Source: an archaeon (GTDB lineage Archaea; Nanobdellota; Nanobdellia; SCGC-AAA011-G17; PNOQ01). From it: a stretch of 64,000 nt of DNA. The notes beneath the pieces were generated by a model. It saw only the letters and a list, made by a program, of their open reading frames with translations. It was not told the origin of the DNA and did not search any database. Numbering within the stretch: the first letter of the stretch is position 1; each line of letters opens with the position of its first letter. A program made the position numbers and the translations under genes. The stretch spans positions 6,284 through 70,283 of the forward strand of contig JABHIB010000008.1 in assembly GCA_018671245.1 (NCBI GenBank), in the 5' to 3' direction. This document shows, piece after piece, positions 10,107 through 19,643 of this stretch.

Positions 10107-10883
10107 ATGGATATTGTAATATTTTGTGGTGGAAGAGGAACCAGGTTAAGTGAAAAAACAAAAGAAGTTCCAAAACCTTTAGTAGAAATTGGAAATTTTC
10201 CAATTATATGGCACATCATGAAAATCTTTGAACATTATGGTCACAATAGATTTTTACTAGGGCTAGGATATAAGGGAGATATGATAAAAAAATGGTTTTT
10301 GGACTATAGATTGAGAAGATCATTCGAGTTAAACTTTAAAAAAATCAAATTACCACAAAGCTTGGAAGATTGGAAAATACTATTTAAAAATACAGGATTT
10401 AGTTCCGGAACTGCTACTAGACTAAAATTACTTAAAAAAGATATAAAATCTAAAAGGTTTATAATCACATATGGGGATGGCCTTGCAAACATCAATATTA
10501 AAGAATTAATAAAATTTCATGAAATCCAAGTTAAAAAACACGGAGTAATAGCAACAATGAGTACTTTTCAACCAAACTCGCAGTATGGATTAGTCAAACC
10601 AAGTAAAAATGGATTAGTCGAAAGTTTTGAAGAAAAATCGAAAATTGATGAATGGATTAACATAGGATTCATAGTTTGTGAAAAAGAAATTTTTAAATAC
10701 ATACCAAACAAAATATCTGCTATGCTTGTTAAAGATGTATTCCCAATATTAGCAAATGAAAAGAAACTTGCAATGTATAGGCACAATGGAGAGTTTTATT
10801 CAATGGATACATACAAAGACTATCAAGATTTAAATAAAATGTGGAAAGAAGGTATAGCTAAATGGAAAGTTTGGAAAAATTAA
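10107..10883 (+). CDS. rfbF: Glucose-1-phosphate cytidylyltransferase
   Basis: 258 aa. The N-terminus MDIVIFCGGRGTRLSEKTKEVPKPLVEIGNFPIIWHIM is typical of RfbF/DdhA. It is followed by the CDP-glucose dehydratase gene. Confidence 0.8.
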   Translation: MDIVIFCGGRGTRLSEKTKEVPKPLVEIGNFPIIWHIMKIFEHYGHNRFLLGLGYKGDMIKKWFLDYRLRRSFELNFKKIKLPQSLEDWKILFKNTGFSSGTATRLKLLKKDIKSKRFIITYGDGLANINIKELIKFHEIQVKKHGVIATMSTFQPNSQYGLVKPSKNGLVESFEEKSKIDEWINIGFIVCEKEIFKYIPNKISAMLVKDVFPILANEKKLAMYRHNGEFYSMDTYKDYQDLNKMWKEGIAKWKVWKN

Positions 10884-11920
10884 ATTTTTGGAAAAATAAA
10901 ACAGTACTTATTACAGGCCATACGGGTTTTAAAGGGACATGGCTAACTATCTGGTTGAATAAACTTGGAGCAAAAGTTATTGGATACTCTCTAGAAGAAT
11001 ATCCAAATGATGAATTTTTTAATTCGACAAATATTCATAAAAAAATAACTGATTGTAGAGGAAATATTTGTAATTTTAACAATTTGAAATCAGTTTTCGA
11101 TAAATACTCTCCAGAAATTGTTTTACATTTGGCAGCACAGCCAATAGTAAGAAAATCTTATGATGAACCCTTAGAAACCATTAATACGAATATCATGGGG
11201 ACTACAAATGTATTAGAATGTATTAGATTATCAAATTCTGTCAAAGCTTCTGTGATAATCTCGTCAGATAAATGTTATGAAAATAAAGAATGGATTTGGG
11301 GGTATAGGGAATCAGACGAATTGGGAGGCCATGACCCATATAGTTGTACAAAGGGATGTATTGAACTTCTTGTTAGATCATATAGAAACTCATTTTTTAA
11401 AAAACAATCAAAATTTGTTGCAACTGCAAGAGCAGGAAATGTTATTGGTGGTGGAGACATGTCTGAAGATAGATTGATACCAGATTGTATCAAATCTTTA
11501 AAAACTAACAAAAAAATAATCATAAGAAATCCTCAATCTACTAGACCTTGGCAACACGTACTAGAACCACTTAATGGATATATGTTATTAGCAGAAAAAC
11601 TATTTATTGAAGAAAAATATGATAGTGCGTGGAATTTTGGACCAAATATAGAATCAATAAAACCTGTTAAAACTATAGCAAAAATATTAATTGATAGATG
11701 GGGAGAGGGAGAATTAGAACTTCAATCTTTGAAAAGTTCAAAACACGAATCCAAATCTTTGAGTTTAGATATTTCAAAAGCAAGTTTCCTATTAAATTGG
11801 AAACCTAGATTAAATTTTAAAGAAACTATCCCCTTAGTAGTAGAATGGTATAAAAAATTCGATGGAAACAACTCTTACGAGTTATGTTATAAACAAATTG
11901 AAGAATATGAAAAAAAATAA
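10862..11920 (+). CDS. rfbG: CDP-glucose 4,6-dehydratase
   Basis: 352 aa SDR. It has FWKNKTVLITGHTGFKGTWL, a YSCTK catalytic Tyr/Lys and the RPWQHVLEP motif typical of RfbG/DdhB. Confidence 0.8.
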   Translation: MESLEKLNFWKNKTVLITGHTGFKGTWLTIWLNKLGAKVIGYSLEEYPNDEFFNSTNIHKKITDCRGNICNFNNLKSVFDKYSPEIVLHLAAQPIVRKSYDEPLETINTNIMGTTNVLECIRLSNSVKASVIISSDKCYENKEWIWGYRESDELGGHDPYSCTKGCIELLVRSYRNSFFKKQSKFVATARAGNVIGGGDMSEDRLIPDCIKSLKTNKKIIIRNPQSTRPWQHVLEPLNGYMLLAEKLFIEEKYDSAWNFGPNIESIKPVKTIAKILIDRWGEGELELQSLKSSKHESKSLSLDISKASFLLNWKPRLNFKETIPLVVEWYKKFDGNNSYELCYKQIEEYEKK

Positions 11921-12863
11921 AATTTTAGTTACTGGTGCGACAGGATTTGTTGGTTCAAATCTTGTTAGAAGATTAGTTGAAGACAATAATAATGAAATTT
12001 ATATTACCCTAAGAGAGTCTTCAAATATTTGGAGAATTAAAGATATTTTTTCAGATCTAAAAAGTGTATATTGCGATATCTCAATCGATAAACAAGTTAA
12101 AGAAACTATAAATAAGATTAAACCTGATATAGTTTATCATTGTGCAACATATGGTGGATTTCCAATCGAAAAAGATTTTGATAAAATAATACAAACTAAC
12201 ATTATCTCAACAATAAATTTAATAAATAACTGTGATTACAAAGAACTTAAGGCATTTATTAATCTAAGTAGTTCTTCAGAATATGGAATTAAAAATAAAC
12301 CAATGTTAGAAGATTCAGAATTAAATCCCTCTAATTCATATGGTTTATCAAAAGTTGTTTCAACTTCATATGCTAGTAAATATGGCAAAATAAATAATAT
12401 GCCAATAATAACATTTAGATTATTTTCCCCGTTTGGATATTATGAATCCAGATCAAGACTGTTTCCAACATTATTTTTATCAGTTATTAATAACCAATCT
12501 CCGAGATTAGCCTCTCCAGAATCTTCAAGAGATTTTATTTTTATTAAAGATGTGGTAGATCTTTTGATACATTCGACAAGATTTGCTAAAAAATATGCTG
12601 GAGAAATATTTAATATTGGTACTGGCAATCAATATTCTGTAAAGGAAATTGCAGATATGATAATAAAATCAAGTGGAAAAAATATTGAACCAAACTATGC
12701 CTCAGTTAATAAAAGAGAATATGATAATAATTATTGGATTGCTGATATGAAAAAAACATTTGAATCATTTAATTGGGAACCGAAATATTCAATCAAAGAA
12801 TCAATAAATTTGATGCTTAAATGGTTCGAAGATAACAAAGGAGATTATGAAGATGGATCTTGA
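11907..12863 (+). CDS. NAD(P)-dependent sugar epimerase/reductase (extended SDR)
   Basis: It has KILVTGATGFVGSNL (Rossmann) and YGLSK (YxxxK). The start was moved to ATG 11907 (MKKNKILVTG). Confidence 0.7.
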   Translation: MKKNKILVTGATGFVGSNLVRRLVEDNNNEIYITLRESSNIWRIKDIFSDLKSVYCDISIDKQVKETINKIKPDIVYHCATYGGFPIEKDFDKIIQTNIISTINLINNCDYKELKAFINLSSSSEYGIKNKPMLEDSELNPSNSYGLSKVVSTSYASKYGKINNMPIITFRLFSPFGYYESRSRLFPTLFLSVINNQSPRLASPESSRDFIFIKDVVDLLIHSTRFAKKYAGEIFNIGTGNQYSVKEIADMIIKSSGKNIEPNYASVNKREYDNNYWIADMKKTFESFNWEPKYSIKESINLMLKWFEDNKGDYEDGS

Positions 12864-13662
12864 AATCCTCGAGAACAAAGCAAGGAAATTAAGAAGAGAT
12901 ATTCTCAAGGTAGTAGCTTCTGCAAAATCTTCTCATGTAGGTAGCATGCTTTCCATAATAGAAATTTTAACATATCTTTTCTATGAAAAAATGGAGTTTA
13001 ATAGATCAAATTATAAAAATAAGGATAGAGATAAATTTATACTAAGTAAGGGTCATGCTTCACTTGCTTTGTATTCGATTCTTGCAGATAAAGATATAAT
13101 CGATAAATCTCAACTTGAAACTTATTGTAAAAATGGTGGAAAACTCATTGGACATCTAGACCATAGTGTTGAAGGAGTTGAAATTTCTACAGGTTCACTA
13201 GGGCATGGACTCCCCATTGCAACAGGAATTGCATTAGCCAATAAATTGGATAAATTGAATAATAAAACTTATTGTTTAATAGGTGACGGAGAATGTAACG
13301 AAGGTTCGATCTGGGAATCATTTATATTCATAGCAAATAATGATCTAAAAAACTTAGTTGTTTTCATAGATGCTAATAAATTGCAAGGTTATGATTTTTG
13401 TGATAAAATCCTACCAGAAAATAGATTAATTAATCTATTAAAAAGTTTAGATTTAAATTTCTATGAAATTGATGGTCACAATTTTTCAGATTTACAAAAA
13501 ACTTTTGAAAAGATTTCTAGTTCAGACAATAACAAAGCTTCCATAATTCTTGCACACACTACTAAGGGAAAGGGAGTCTCTTTTATGGAGAATAAACTCG
13601 AATGGCATTATAAAAGTCCAAATGTAGAAGAATTGAAAAATGCGTTGGAGGAACTAAGATGA
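12847..13662 (+). CDS. Transketolase, N-terminal (ThDP-binding) subunit
   Basis: 271 aa. It has SKGHASLALYS and the GDGECNEGSIWE ThDP motif (GDG..NEG). Confidence 0.8.
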   Translation: MKMDLEILENKARKLRRDILKVVASAKSSHVGSMLSIIEILTYLFYEKMEFNRSNYKNKDRDKFILSKGHASLALYSILADKDIIDKSQLETYCKNGGKLIGHLDHSVEGVEISTGSLGHGLPIATGIALANKLDKLNNKTYCLIGDGECNEGSIWESFIFIANNDLKNLVVFIDANKLQGYDFCDKILPENRLINLLKSLDLNFYEIDGHNFSDLQKTFEKISSSDNNKASIILAHTTKGKGVSFMENKLEWHYKSPNVEELKNALEELR

Positions 13663-14591
13663 GGAATACCTTCATAAAAGAATTAGAAAAACAGGCAGAA
13701 ACAAATGAAGATATAGTAGTACTTGTTGGAGATTTAGGATTTTCTGTTTTTGATAATTTTAGAAAGAAATTTCCAGATAGATTTTTTAATATGGGGATAG
13801 CAGAACAAAATATGATGTCTGTTGCTGCAGGATTAGCCTTAAATGGGAAAAAAGTTTTTGTATATTCCATAATCCCATTTGTCACAGCTAGATGTATTGA
13901 ACAAATAAAGAATGATATTTGTTATCCAAATCTAAATGTAGTGATAGTAGGGGTAGGTTCAGGAGTTTCATATGGCTCTGCAGGATTTAGCCACCATGCT
14001 ATTGAAGATATTGCACTTATGAAAAGTTTATCAAATATGACAGTTTTAACTCCATCAGATCCTTACGAAGTTAGAAAATTAGTTTCTGAATGTTGTAAAT
14101 ATGTCACACCAACATATCTAAGACTTGGTAAAAATAATGAAACTACTTTTAATGATGAAAACCAAGAAATAATTATCGGGAAATCACATTATATCAAAGA
14201 AGGAAAAGATATTGCTATAATCATAAATGGGAACATAATAGAAGAAGCAATGATAGCCCGAAAACTATTAGAATCTGAACAGATTAATCCAGCTATAATA
14301 TCTGTGCCTACTTTAAAACCACTTGATAAACTCTTTTTTAATGATATATTTAAAAAATATAAATTTATTTTTATAATAGAAGAACATAATAAAACTGGAG
14401 GACTGGGAGATAGTTTATTTGCTTTGAATAAAGAGAATAAATATGAAAATTCAATCGAGCATATAGCAATAAACGATTCATTTATCAAAACTGTAGGCGA
14501 TAATAAATACATACGTAAATCATTAGGATTAGATGCAAACTCTATATTTAATAAAATAAAAAAGAAATTTGAGGAACATGATGAGAACTAA
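13659..14591 (+). CDS. Transketolase, C-terminal (pyrimidine-binding) subunit
   Basis: 310 aa. It has FFNMGIAEQNMMSVAAGLA and an ATGA overlap with the N-terminal subunit gene. Confidence 0.8.
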   Translation: MRNTFIKELEKQAETNEDIVVLVGDLGFSVFDNFRKKFPDRFFNMGIAEQNMMSVAAGLALNGKKVFVYSIIPFVTARCIEQIKNDICYPNLNVVIVGVGSGVSYGSAGFSHHAIEDIALMKSLSNMTVLTPSDPYEVRKLVSECCKYVTPTYLRLGKNNETTFNDENQEIIIGKSHYIKEGKDIAIIINGNIIEEAMIARKLLESEQINPAIISVPTLKPLDKLFFNDIFKKYKFIFIIEEHNKTGGLGDSLFALNKENKYENSIEHIAINDSFIKTVGDNKYIRKSLGLDANSIFNKIKKKFEEHDEN

Positions 14592-15888
14592 AGAAGAAAT
14601 TAAAAAAGAAATTAATAGGAATCTTAAAGAATATTATGAATCATATTTAGGTAATGAACGAAAAAATATACCGGTTTCTGGTAAAAAATATGATGAAAAA
14701 GAATTAATTTCTGTAGTAGATGCACTCTTAGATGGAGTGTGGACAGAAGGAAAAGTAACTTCAGAGTTTGAAGATAAATTTGGAAAATTTCTTGGAATCA
14801 AATATGTTGCAATTGTTAATTCTGGGTCTTCTGCAAATCTTTTAGCATTAAAATCATTAACATCATCAAGATTGGGAGACCGTAAATTATCCAAGGGAGA
14901 CGAAATTATAACTGTAGCAGCAGGATTCCCTACAACCATCAACCCAATAATTGAATGTGGATGCATTCCAGTTTTCTGTGATGTGGATATAGAGACATAT
15001 AATATTGATATTGAACAATTAAAGGATGCAATCTCGCCAAAAACAAAGGCTATCATGCTCGCACACACATTAGGAAATCCATTTAATATTAACGAAGTTA
15101 GGAGAATTTGTAAAGACCATAATCTCTGGTTAATTGAAGATGCTTGTGATGCATTGGGTTCTAGATACAACAAAGGTTTAGTCGGAACTTTTGGAGATCT
15201 AGCAACATTTAGTTTTTACCCTGCACACCATATAACTATGGCAGAAGGTGGAGCAGTAGTAACGAATAATCTATTATTGATGAAAATAGTTAAATCGATT
15301 AGAGATTGGGGTAGAGATTGTTGGTGTAAACCTGGAGTGGATAATACTTGTAAATCACGATATAGTTGGAAACTCGGAGATCTACCGCAAGGATATGATC
15401 ACAAATACATCTATTCAGAACTAGGATATAATCTGAAAAACACAGACCTTAATGTGGCTATAGGACTAGCACAACTAGATAAATTAAATGATTTTATTGA
15501 GAAAAGAAAAGAAAATTTTAAAATGCTCTATAAAGGTTTAGAAAAATTCGAAGAATATTTTTATTTACCTAAACAAACTACAAATTCTGAACCTTCTTGG
15601 TTTGGATTTTTATTAACTATAAAGGACCATGAAAAATTTAAAAGAGAAGATATACTAAAACACTTAAATTCAGAAGGGATAGATACCAGATTATTATTTG
15701 GAGGAAACATAATTAAACAACCTTATTTTATAAAAAATAATCCGAAATTTAGAATTGTTCAAAATTTAAATAATACTGAAAAAATAATGAATGATACATT
15801 CTGGGTAGGAATCTGCCCACTAATAAATGAAGAAGATATAAATAAGATTATATTATCTATAGGATCTTTTATAAGCCAAATAATCTAG
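14578..15888 (+). CDS. rfbH: RfbH/DdhC-like PMP-dependent CDP-4-keto-6-deoxyglucose 3-dehydrase (DegT/DnrJ/EryC1 family)
   Basis: About 436 aa. It has IPVSGKKYDEKEL, NSGSSANLLA and the Cys-containing stretch RDWGRDCWCKPGVDNTCKSRY typical of RfbH-type dehydrases. The track start is TTG (14569), so I used ATG 14578. Confidence 0.7.
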   Translation: MMRTKEEIKKEINRNLKEYYESYLGNERKNIPVSGKKYDEKELISVVDALLDGVWTEGKVTSEFEDKFGKFLGIKYVAIVNSGSSANLLALKSLTSSRLGDRKLSKGDEIITVAAGFPTTINPIIECGCIPVFCDVDIETYNIDIEQLKDAISPKTKAIMLAHTLGNPFNINEVRRICKDHNLWLIEDACDALGSRYNKGLVGTFGDLATFSFYPAHHITMAEGGAVVTNNLLLMKIVKSIRDWGRDCWCKPGVDNTCKSRYSWKLGDLPQGYDHKYIYSELGYNLKNTDLNVAIGLAQLDKLNDFIEKRKENFKMLYKGLEKFEEYFYLPKQTTNSEPSWFGFLLTIKDHEKFKREDILKHLNSEGIDTRLLFGGNIIKQPYFIKNNPKFRIVQNLNNTEKIMNDTFWVGICPLINEEDINKIILSIGSFISQII

Positions 15889-15901
15889 TTAATTCAATAG
15901 A

Positions 15902-16510
15902 ATGAATAATAAAGAAATAATAGAGAATATCATAATAAAAAAGGACAAAAAATTAGTTATATTCGATTTTGATGGAGTAATAGGAAAATTGAATATAGAT
16001 TGGATTAAAAGTAGAAAAACTGCAAAAGAACTTTTAAAAAAAAACTACAACTTTATGATTGAAGAAGATTTAAGATTGGATCAAATAGAATATTTAGTAA
16101 ATGAAAAATTTGGAGAGGACATACTAAAAGATATTCTGAAAATAAGGGAACAATTCGAAGAACAGGGTATACATAATTCTGATATCAATAAAGATGTAGT
16201 CCAATTAATAACTGACCTTAATAAAATTGGTACAACATTAACTGTATGTAGCAACAACTTAAGTATTACAATAGAAACATTCCTCAGATTATTCAAATTA
16301 GAAAAGTTTTTTAAATGTATAGTTGGTGTAGATAATGCTATTGCACCAAAACCTTCAATAAAAGGCTGTGAACAGATATTGCATAAATATCCGATAGATA
16401 AAAAACAAATATTATTTATTGGAGACCAAAGAGATATAGATGAAGAAGTTGCTAAGAAAATGAACATAGATTATATTAATAGAGATAGATTCAATGATTT
16501 TAATTATTAA
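15902..16510 (+). CDS. HAD-superfamily hydrolase (phosphatase)
   Basis: 202 aa. It has the DFDGV nucleophile motif (VIFDFDGVIG) and a late GDQRDID motif. Confidence 0.6.
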   Translation: MNNKEIIENIIIKKDKKLVIFDFDGVIGKLNIDWIKSRKTAKELLKKNYNFMIEEDLRLDQIEYLVNEKFGEDILKDILKIREQFEEQGIHNSDINKDVVQLITDLNKIGTTLTVCSNNLSITIETFLRLFKLEKFFKCIVGVDNAIAPKPSIKGCEQILHKYPIDKKQILFIGDQRDIDEEVAKKMNIDYINRDRFNDFNY

Positions 16511-16512
16511 AA

Positions 16513-18267
16513 ATGGAAAAAAATAAATTCGAAAACGTGAAGGTTCTTGACTGTTCGATCAGAGACGGCGGGCATTTAAATAAATGGAAATTCAGTAAAG
16601 AATTTGTAAAATCATATTATAATTCAGTAAAAGATTCAGGTATTGAATTTATCGAGATAGGATATAGGACAAGTCCAAATTTAATGAAAGAATGTGGAAT
16701 CTGGAGATTTACTCCAGAATCTTTAATTAAAGAAATCTTAGATGATGATAACAAAATAAAACTAGCCATAATGGTTGATATTGGGAAAATAAATGAAGAA
16801 GATTTTTCAGAGAAAAAAAACAGTAAAATAGATCTTATAAGGATAGCATTTTACAAAACTCAAATAGATGAAGCAATTGATTTATCAAAAAAATTAAACC
16901 AGAAAGGGTACCTAACAACATTTAACATGATGGGGATATCACATTATACAAAAGAAGAATTAGATATAGCAATAGAAAAAATGAAAACTTCTCCAGTAGA
17001 TGTAGTTTATATCGCAGATAGTTTTGGTTCTCTTTTAACAGAAGATGTTAAAGATTTAATAAATAAATTAAAAGAAACAAATAAAGAAATAGGATTCCAC
17101 CCCCATAATAATCTTCAAATGTCGTTCCCAAACACCCTTGCAGCAATAGAATCAGGGGCAACTTACATCGATGGCACTGTTAATGGCATGGGAAGAGGTG
17201 CAGGAAACCTCCCATTAGAAATGATACTGCCATTTTTAAATAAATTTAAAAAAATTAAATATAATCCAATTCCAATATTCGAATTTATAGAAACAGATTT
17301 AATTGAAACAAAGAATAAATTAAACTGGGGATATCATATGCCTTATTTATTAACAGGTTTTAAATCATGTCATCCAAATTACTCATTAACTTTGAAAAAA
17401 AGAGGATATTCAATAGGTCAAATTGATTCTATATTGAATCTTGTTGACAGTGAAAAATCCGTAGGATTTGATTTAGATATATTAGAATCTGCAATAAAAA
17501 AATATGAAAGTTCCAACCTTGAGAAATTAGGAGAGGAAGGTAGAATCCCTGTAATTGCAATATTACCCTGTAGAGCAGGATCACAAAGAGTTAAACAAAA
17601 AAACATAAGAAAATTTGGAGGACAATCTCTTTTAAGAATTAAATTAAATCAACTACTTAGGGTTCCTGAGCTAGATAAAATTATTGTGACAACTGATGAC
17701 CCTGTAGTAATGGAGATATGTCAAAAAATAGATAGTCCAAAAATATTCATAAATCAAGAAATAAGGCCAAAAGAAAGTTACAAAAATACTGATGAATTAA
17801 TTAAATATGTTGCGGGAATATCTAAAGAAAATGAACACATACTCTGGACCCACGTAACATCGCCATTTATCGATGAACAAACTTATAGCAAGGCAATAAA
17901 TACTTATCTGAAAAACTTAAAAGACTACGATAGTTTGATATCAGTTCAAAAATTAAACTCATTTATTTGGAATAAACAAAGAGAACCAATAAATTATGAT
18001 AGAAACGATTCAAAATGGCCAAGAACTCAAAACATCGAACCACTATATGAAATAAATTCTGGAATATTCCTGATTAATTCATCACTGATGAAACAACTAA
18101 ATGACAGAATTGGAGAAAATCCATACTATTTTGAATGCAATAGTATAGAAAACCTAGATATAGATTGGCCAGAAGATTTTAAACTAGCAGAAACTTTATG
18201 GGAAGCATTATCAGAAAAATATCCGAAAGGATTTAAAAATAGATTAGATGGATTTTCAGATATGTGA
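16513..18267 (+). CDS. Bifunctional fusion: DmpG/HMGL-like pyruvate aldolase domain + CMP-sugar (NeuA/KdsB-type) cytidylyltransferase domain
   Basis: The N-terminal half has LDCSIRDGGH and HPHNNLQMSFPNTLAAIESGATYIDGTVNGMGRGAGNLPLE (4-hydroxy-2-oxovalerate aldolase/HMGL signature). The C-terminal half has IPVIAILPCRAGSQRVKQKNIRKFGG (CTP_transf_3-type P-loop). Confidence 0.65.
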   Translation: MEKNKFENVKVLDCSIRDGGHLNKWKFSKEFVKSYYNSVKDSGIEFIEIGYRTSPNLMKECGIWRFTPESLIKEILDDDNKIKLAIMVDIGKINEEDFSEKKNSKIDLIRIAFYKTQIDEAIDLSKKLNQKGYLTTFNMMGISHYTKEELDIAIEKMKTSPVDVVYIADSFGSLLTEDVKDLINKLKETNKEIGFHPHNNLQMSFPNTLAAIESGATYIDGTVNGMGRGAGNLPLEMILPFLNKFKKIKYNPIPIFEFIETDLIETKNKLNWGYHMPYLLTGFKSCHPNYSLTLKKRGYSIGQIDSILNLVDSEKSVGFDLDILESAIKKYESSNLEKLGEEGRIPVIAILPCRAGSQRVKQKNIRKFGGQSLLRIKLNQLLRVPELDKIIVTTDDPVVMEICQKIDSPKIFINQEIRPKESYKNTDELIKYVAGISKENEHILWTHVTSPFIDEQTYSKAINTYLKNLKDYDSLISVQKLNSFIWNKQREPINYDRNDSKWPRTQNIEPLYEINSGIFLINSSLMKQLNDRIGENPYYFECNSIENLDIDWPEDFKLAETLWEALSEKYPKGFKNRLDGFSDM

Positions 18268-19608
18268 TCCTTTTGTTTTATTCTTGATAATTTTTTTATA
18301 TATTTCAGAGACACTATCATTAGAGGGTTGGAAAAAACAGTTTTTATAATCTTTTTTGTGTAGTCTTAATACTTTAGAGTAAGTTATAGGATCAAATAAG
18401 GATTCAAAAGAATCTTTTAACTCCACAAAATTCACAAAATTATTTGAAAAAACCAGCATATCTTTCATATCGTCCCCATTATATCTGAAGATAGGCAAAG
18501 CATATGCAAGAGCTTCAATCAAGATAGTACTATTATACATAATAATAAAATCAGATTTTCTCAATAACTCTTCTTTTGTGCAACTATTGTTAAAAATATA
18601 AAAAAGATTTTTGCCATCAAGAAGTTTGGCAAGCTCTGATTCATTATTATCAGGATGTGCATTAAATTGAAATTTAATATGCGGATATTCTCGAGAAAAC
18701 TTATCCATAATATCAATAATATTCAAATTACTTTTTTTAAAATTAGGATGACTCAAAAAAATTGTACAAACTTTTGGATCAAATCTTTTGATAGGCTTTT
18801 TAATAATTCCTTCATATAATGGATTCCCACAAATAATAAGTTTATTTTTTTCCAAATGTTTTTTTAAAGTGTCATAACTAGATTTTCCCCACAAAAGAAA
18901 ATAATCTGAGATCATATTTTCATAAGTGATAGTTTCATAGTCAAATCTTTTGAATTTGGGTATGATATAATTTTGAAAAGTGAATGTACTTTTATTTATT
19001 GCATTGACAAGTTGTGTTAAAATAGTTTCATCATTATTTCTATAACTACTATATGCTACATAAGATCTAGGAACATACTCGTCAACTATCCCTGAAAGAT
19101 AATCTATTTTTTTAAATTGAAAATAAATCTGAGTTATAAAATAAATGTGATCCAATCTAGATCCTACTATTAATCTATGTTTTTTAAAATGTTGATGAAT
19201 CCCATATATTTTAAAAAAATTTGGAAAAGATATGGAAAACCGATTTAATATGCTCAAGATATCTCTCCTCCCATTTTGAAAGGAGTCCAAGATTATTAAG
19301 TCTGTTTTATTAAACTTGGATAAACAAGATTTCCAAAGATTGTGGTGATCTTTTCTATCTATCAAGAAAGAAACTAAAATTTTATTTTTTTTATCGCCAA
19401 TAACATTAAATTTCTCTTTAAAAAAAACAAACTTAAATATTCTTAAAATTTGAAATAGAGTTGTACCCATAGTTTTGTTATGAATAAAAAAATATGCAGA
19501 AGGGGCCATACTTGGCCATAATTCTAAATTTTTATAATTTAAATCCAATAAAACTTGTTTTATTTTATTTAATTTAGGAATACTATCGGAGTACTTTATA
19601 GATTTCAT
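18256..19608 (-). CDS. Hypothetical protein, possibly GT-B-like polysaccharide transferase (TagF/KpsS-like)
   Basis: 450 aa, soluble. The C-terminal third (IICGNPLYEG .. FLSHPNF .. MYNSTILIEALAYALPIF) resembles the nucleotide-binding half of GT-B/capsule-synthesis enzymes. The resemblance is weak. Confidence 0.3.
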   Translation of the reverse strand: MKSIKYSDSIPKLNKIKQVLLDLNYKNLELWPSMAPSAYFFIHNKTMGTTLFQILRIFKFVFFKEKFNVIGDKKNKILVSFLIDRKDHHNLWKSCLSKFNKTDLIILDSFQNGRRDILSILNRFSISFPNFFKIYGIHQHFKKHRLIVGSRLDHIYFITQIYFQFKKIDYLSGIVDEYVPRSYVAYSSYRNNDETILTQLVNAINKSTFTFQNYIIPKFKRFDYETITYENMISDYFLLWGKSSYDTLKKHLEKNKLIICGNPLYEGIIKKPIKRFDPKVCTIFLSHPNFKKSNLNIIDIMDKFSREYPHIKFQFNAHPDNNESELAKLLDGKNLFYIFNNSCTKEELLRKSDFIIMYNSTILIEALAYALPIFRYNGDDMKDMLVFSNNFVNFVELKDSFESLFDPITYSKVLRLHKKDYKNCFFQPSNDSVSEIYKKIIKNKTKGSHI

Positions 19609-19643
19609 AAGTCATAAGGTATTTATTAGATATTTATTACTTT

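Noticed and set aside
12847-14591. The split transketolase as the organism's ordinary pentose-phosphate enzyme.
   Set aside because: This is not fully excluded. However, both genes overlap their neighbours inside a CDP-sugar operon, between an SDR and rfbH, which argues for a role in sugar tailoring. I kept it as a hypothesis in the findings rather than a housekeeping call.
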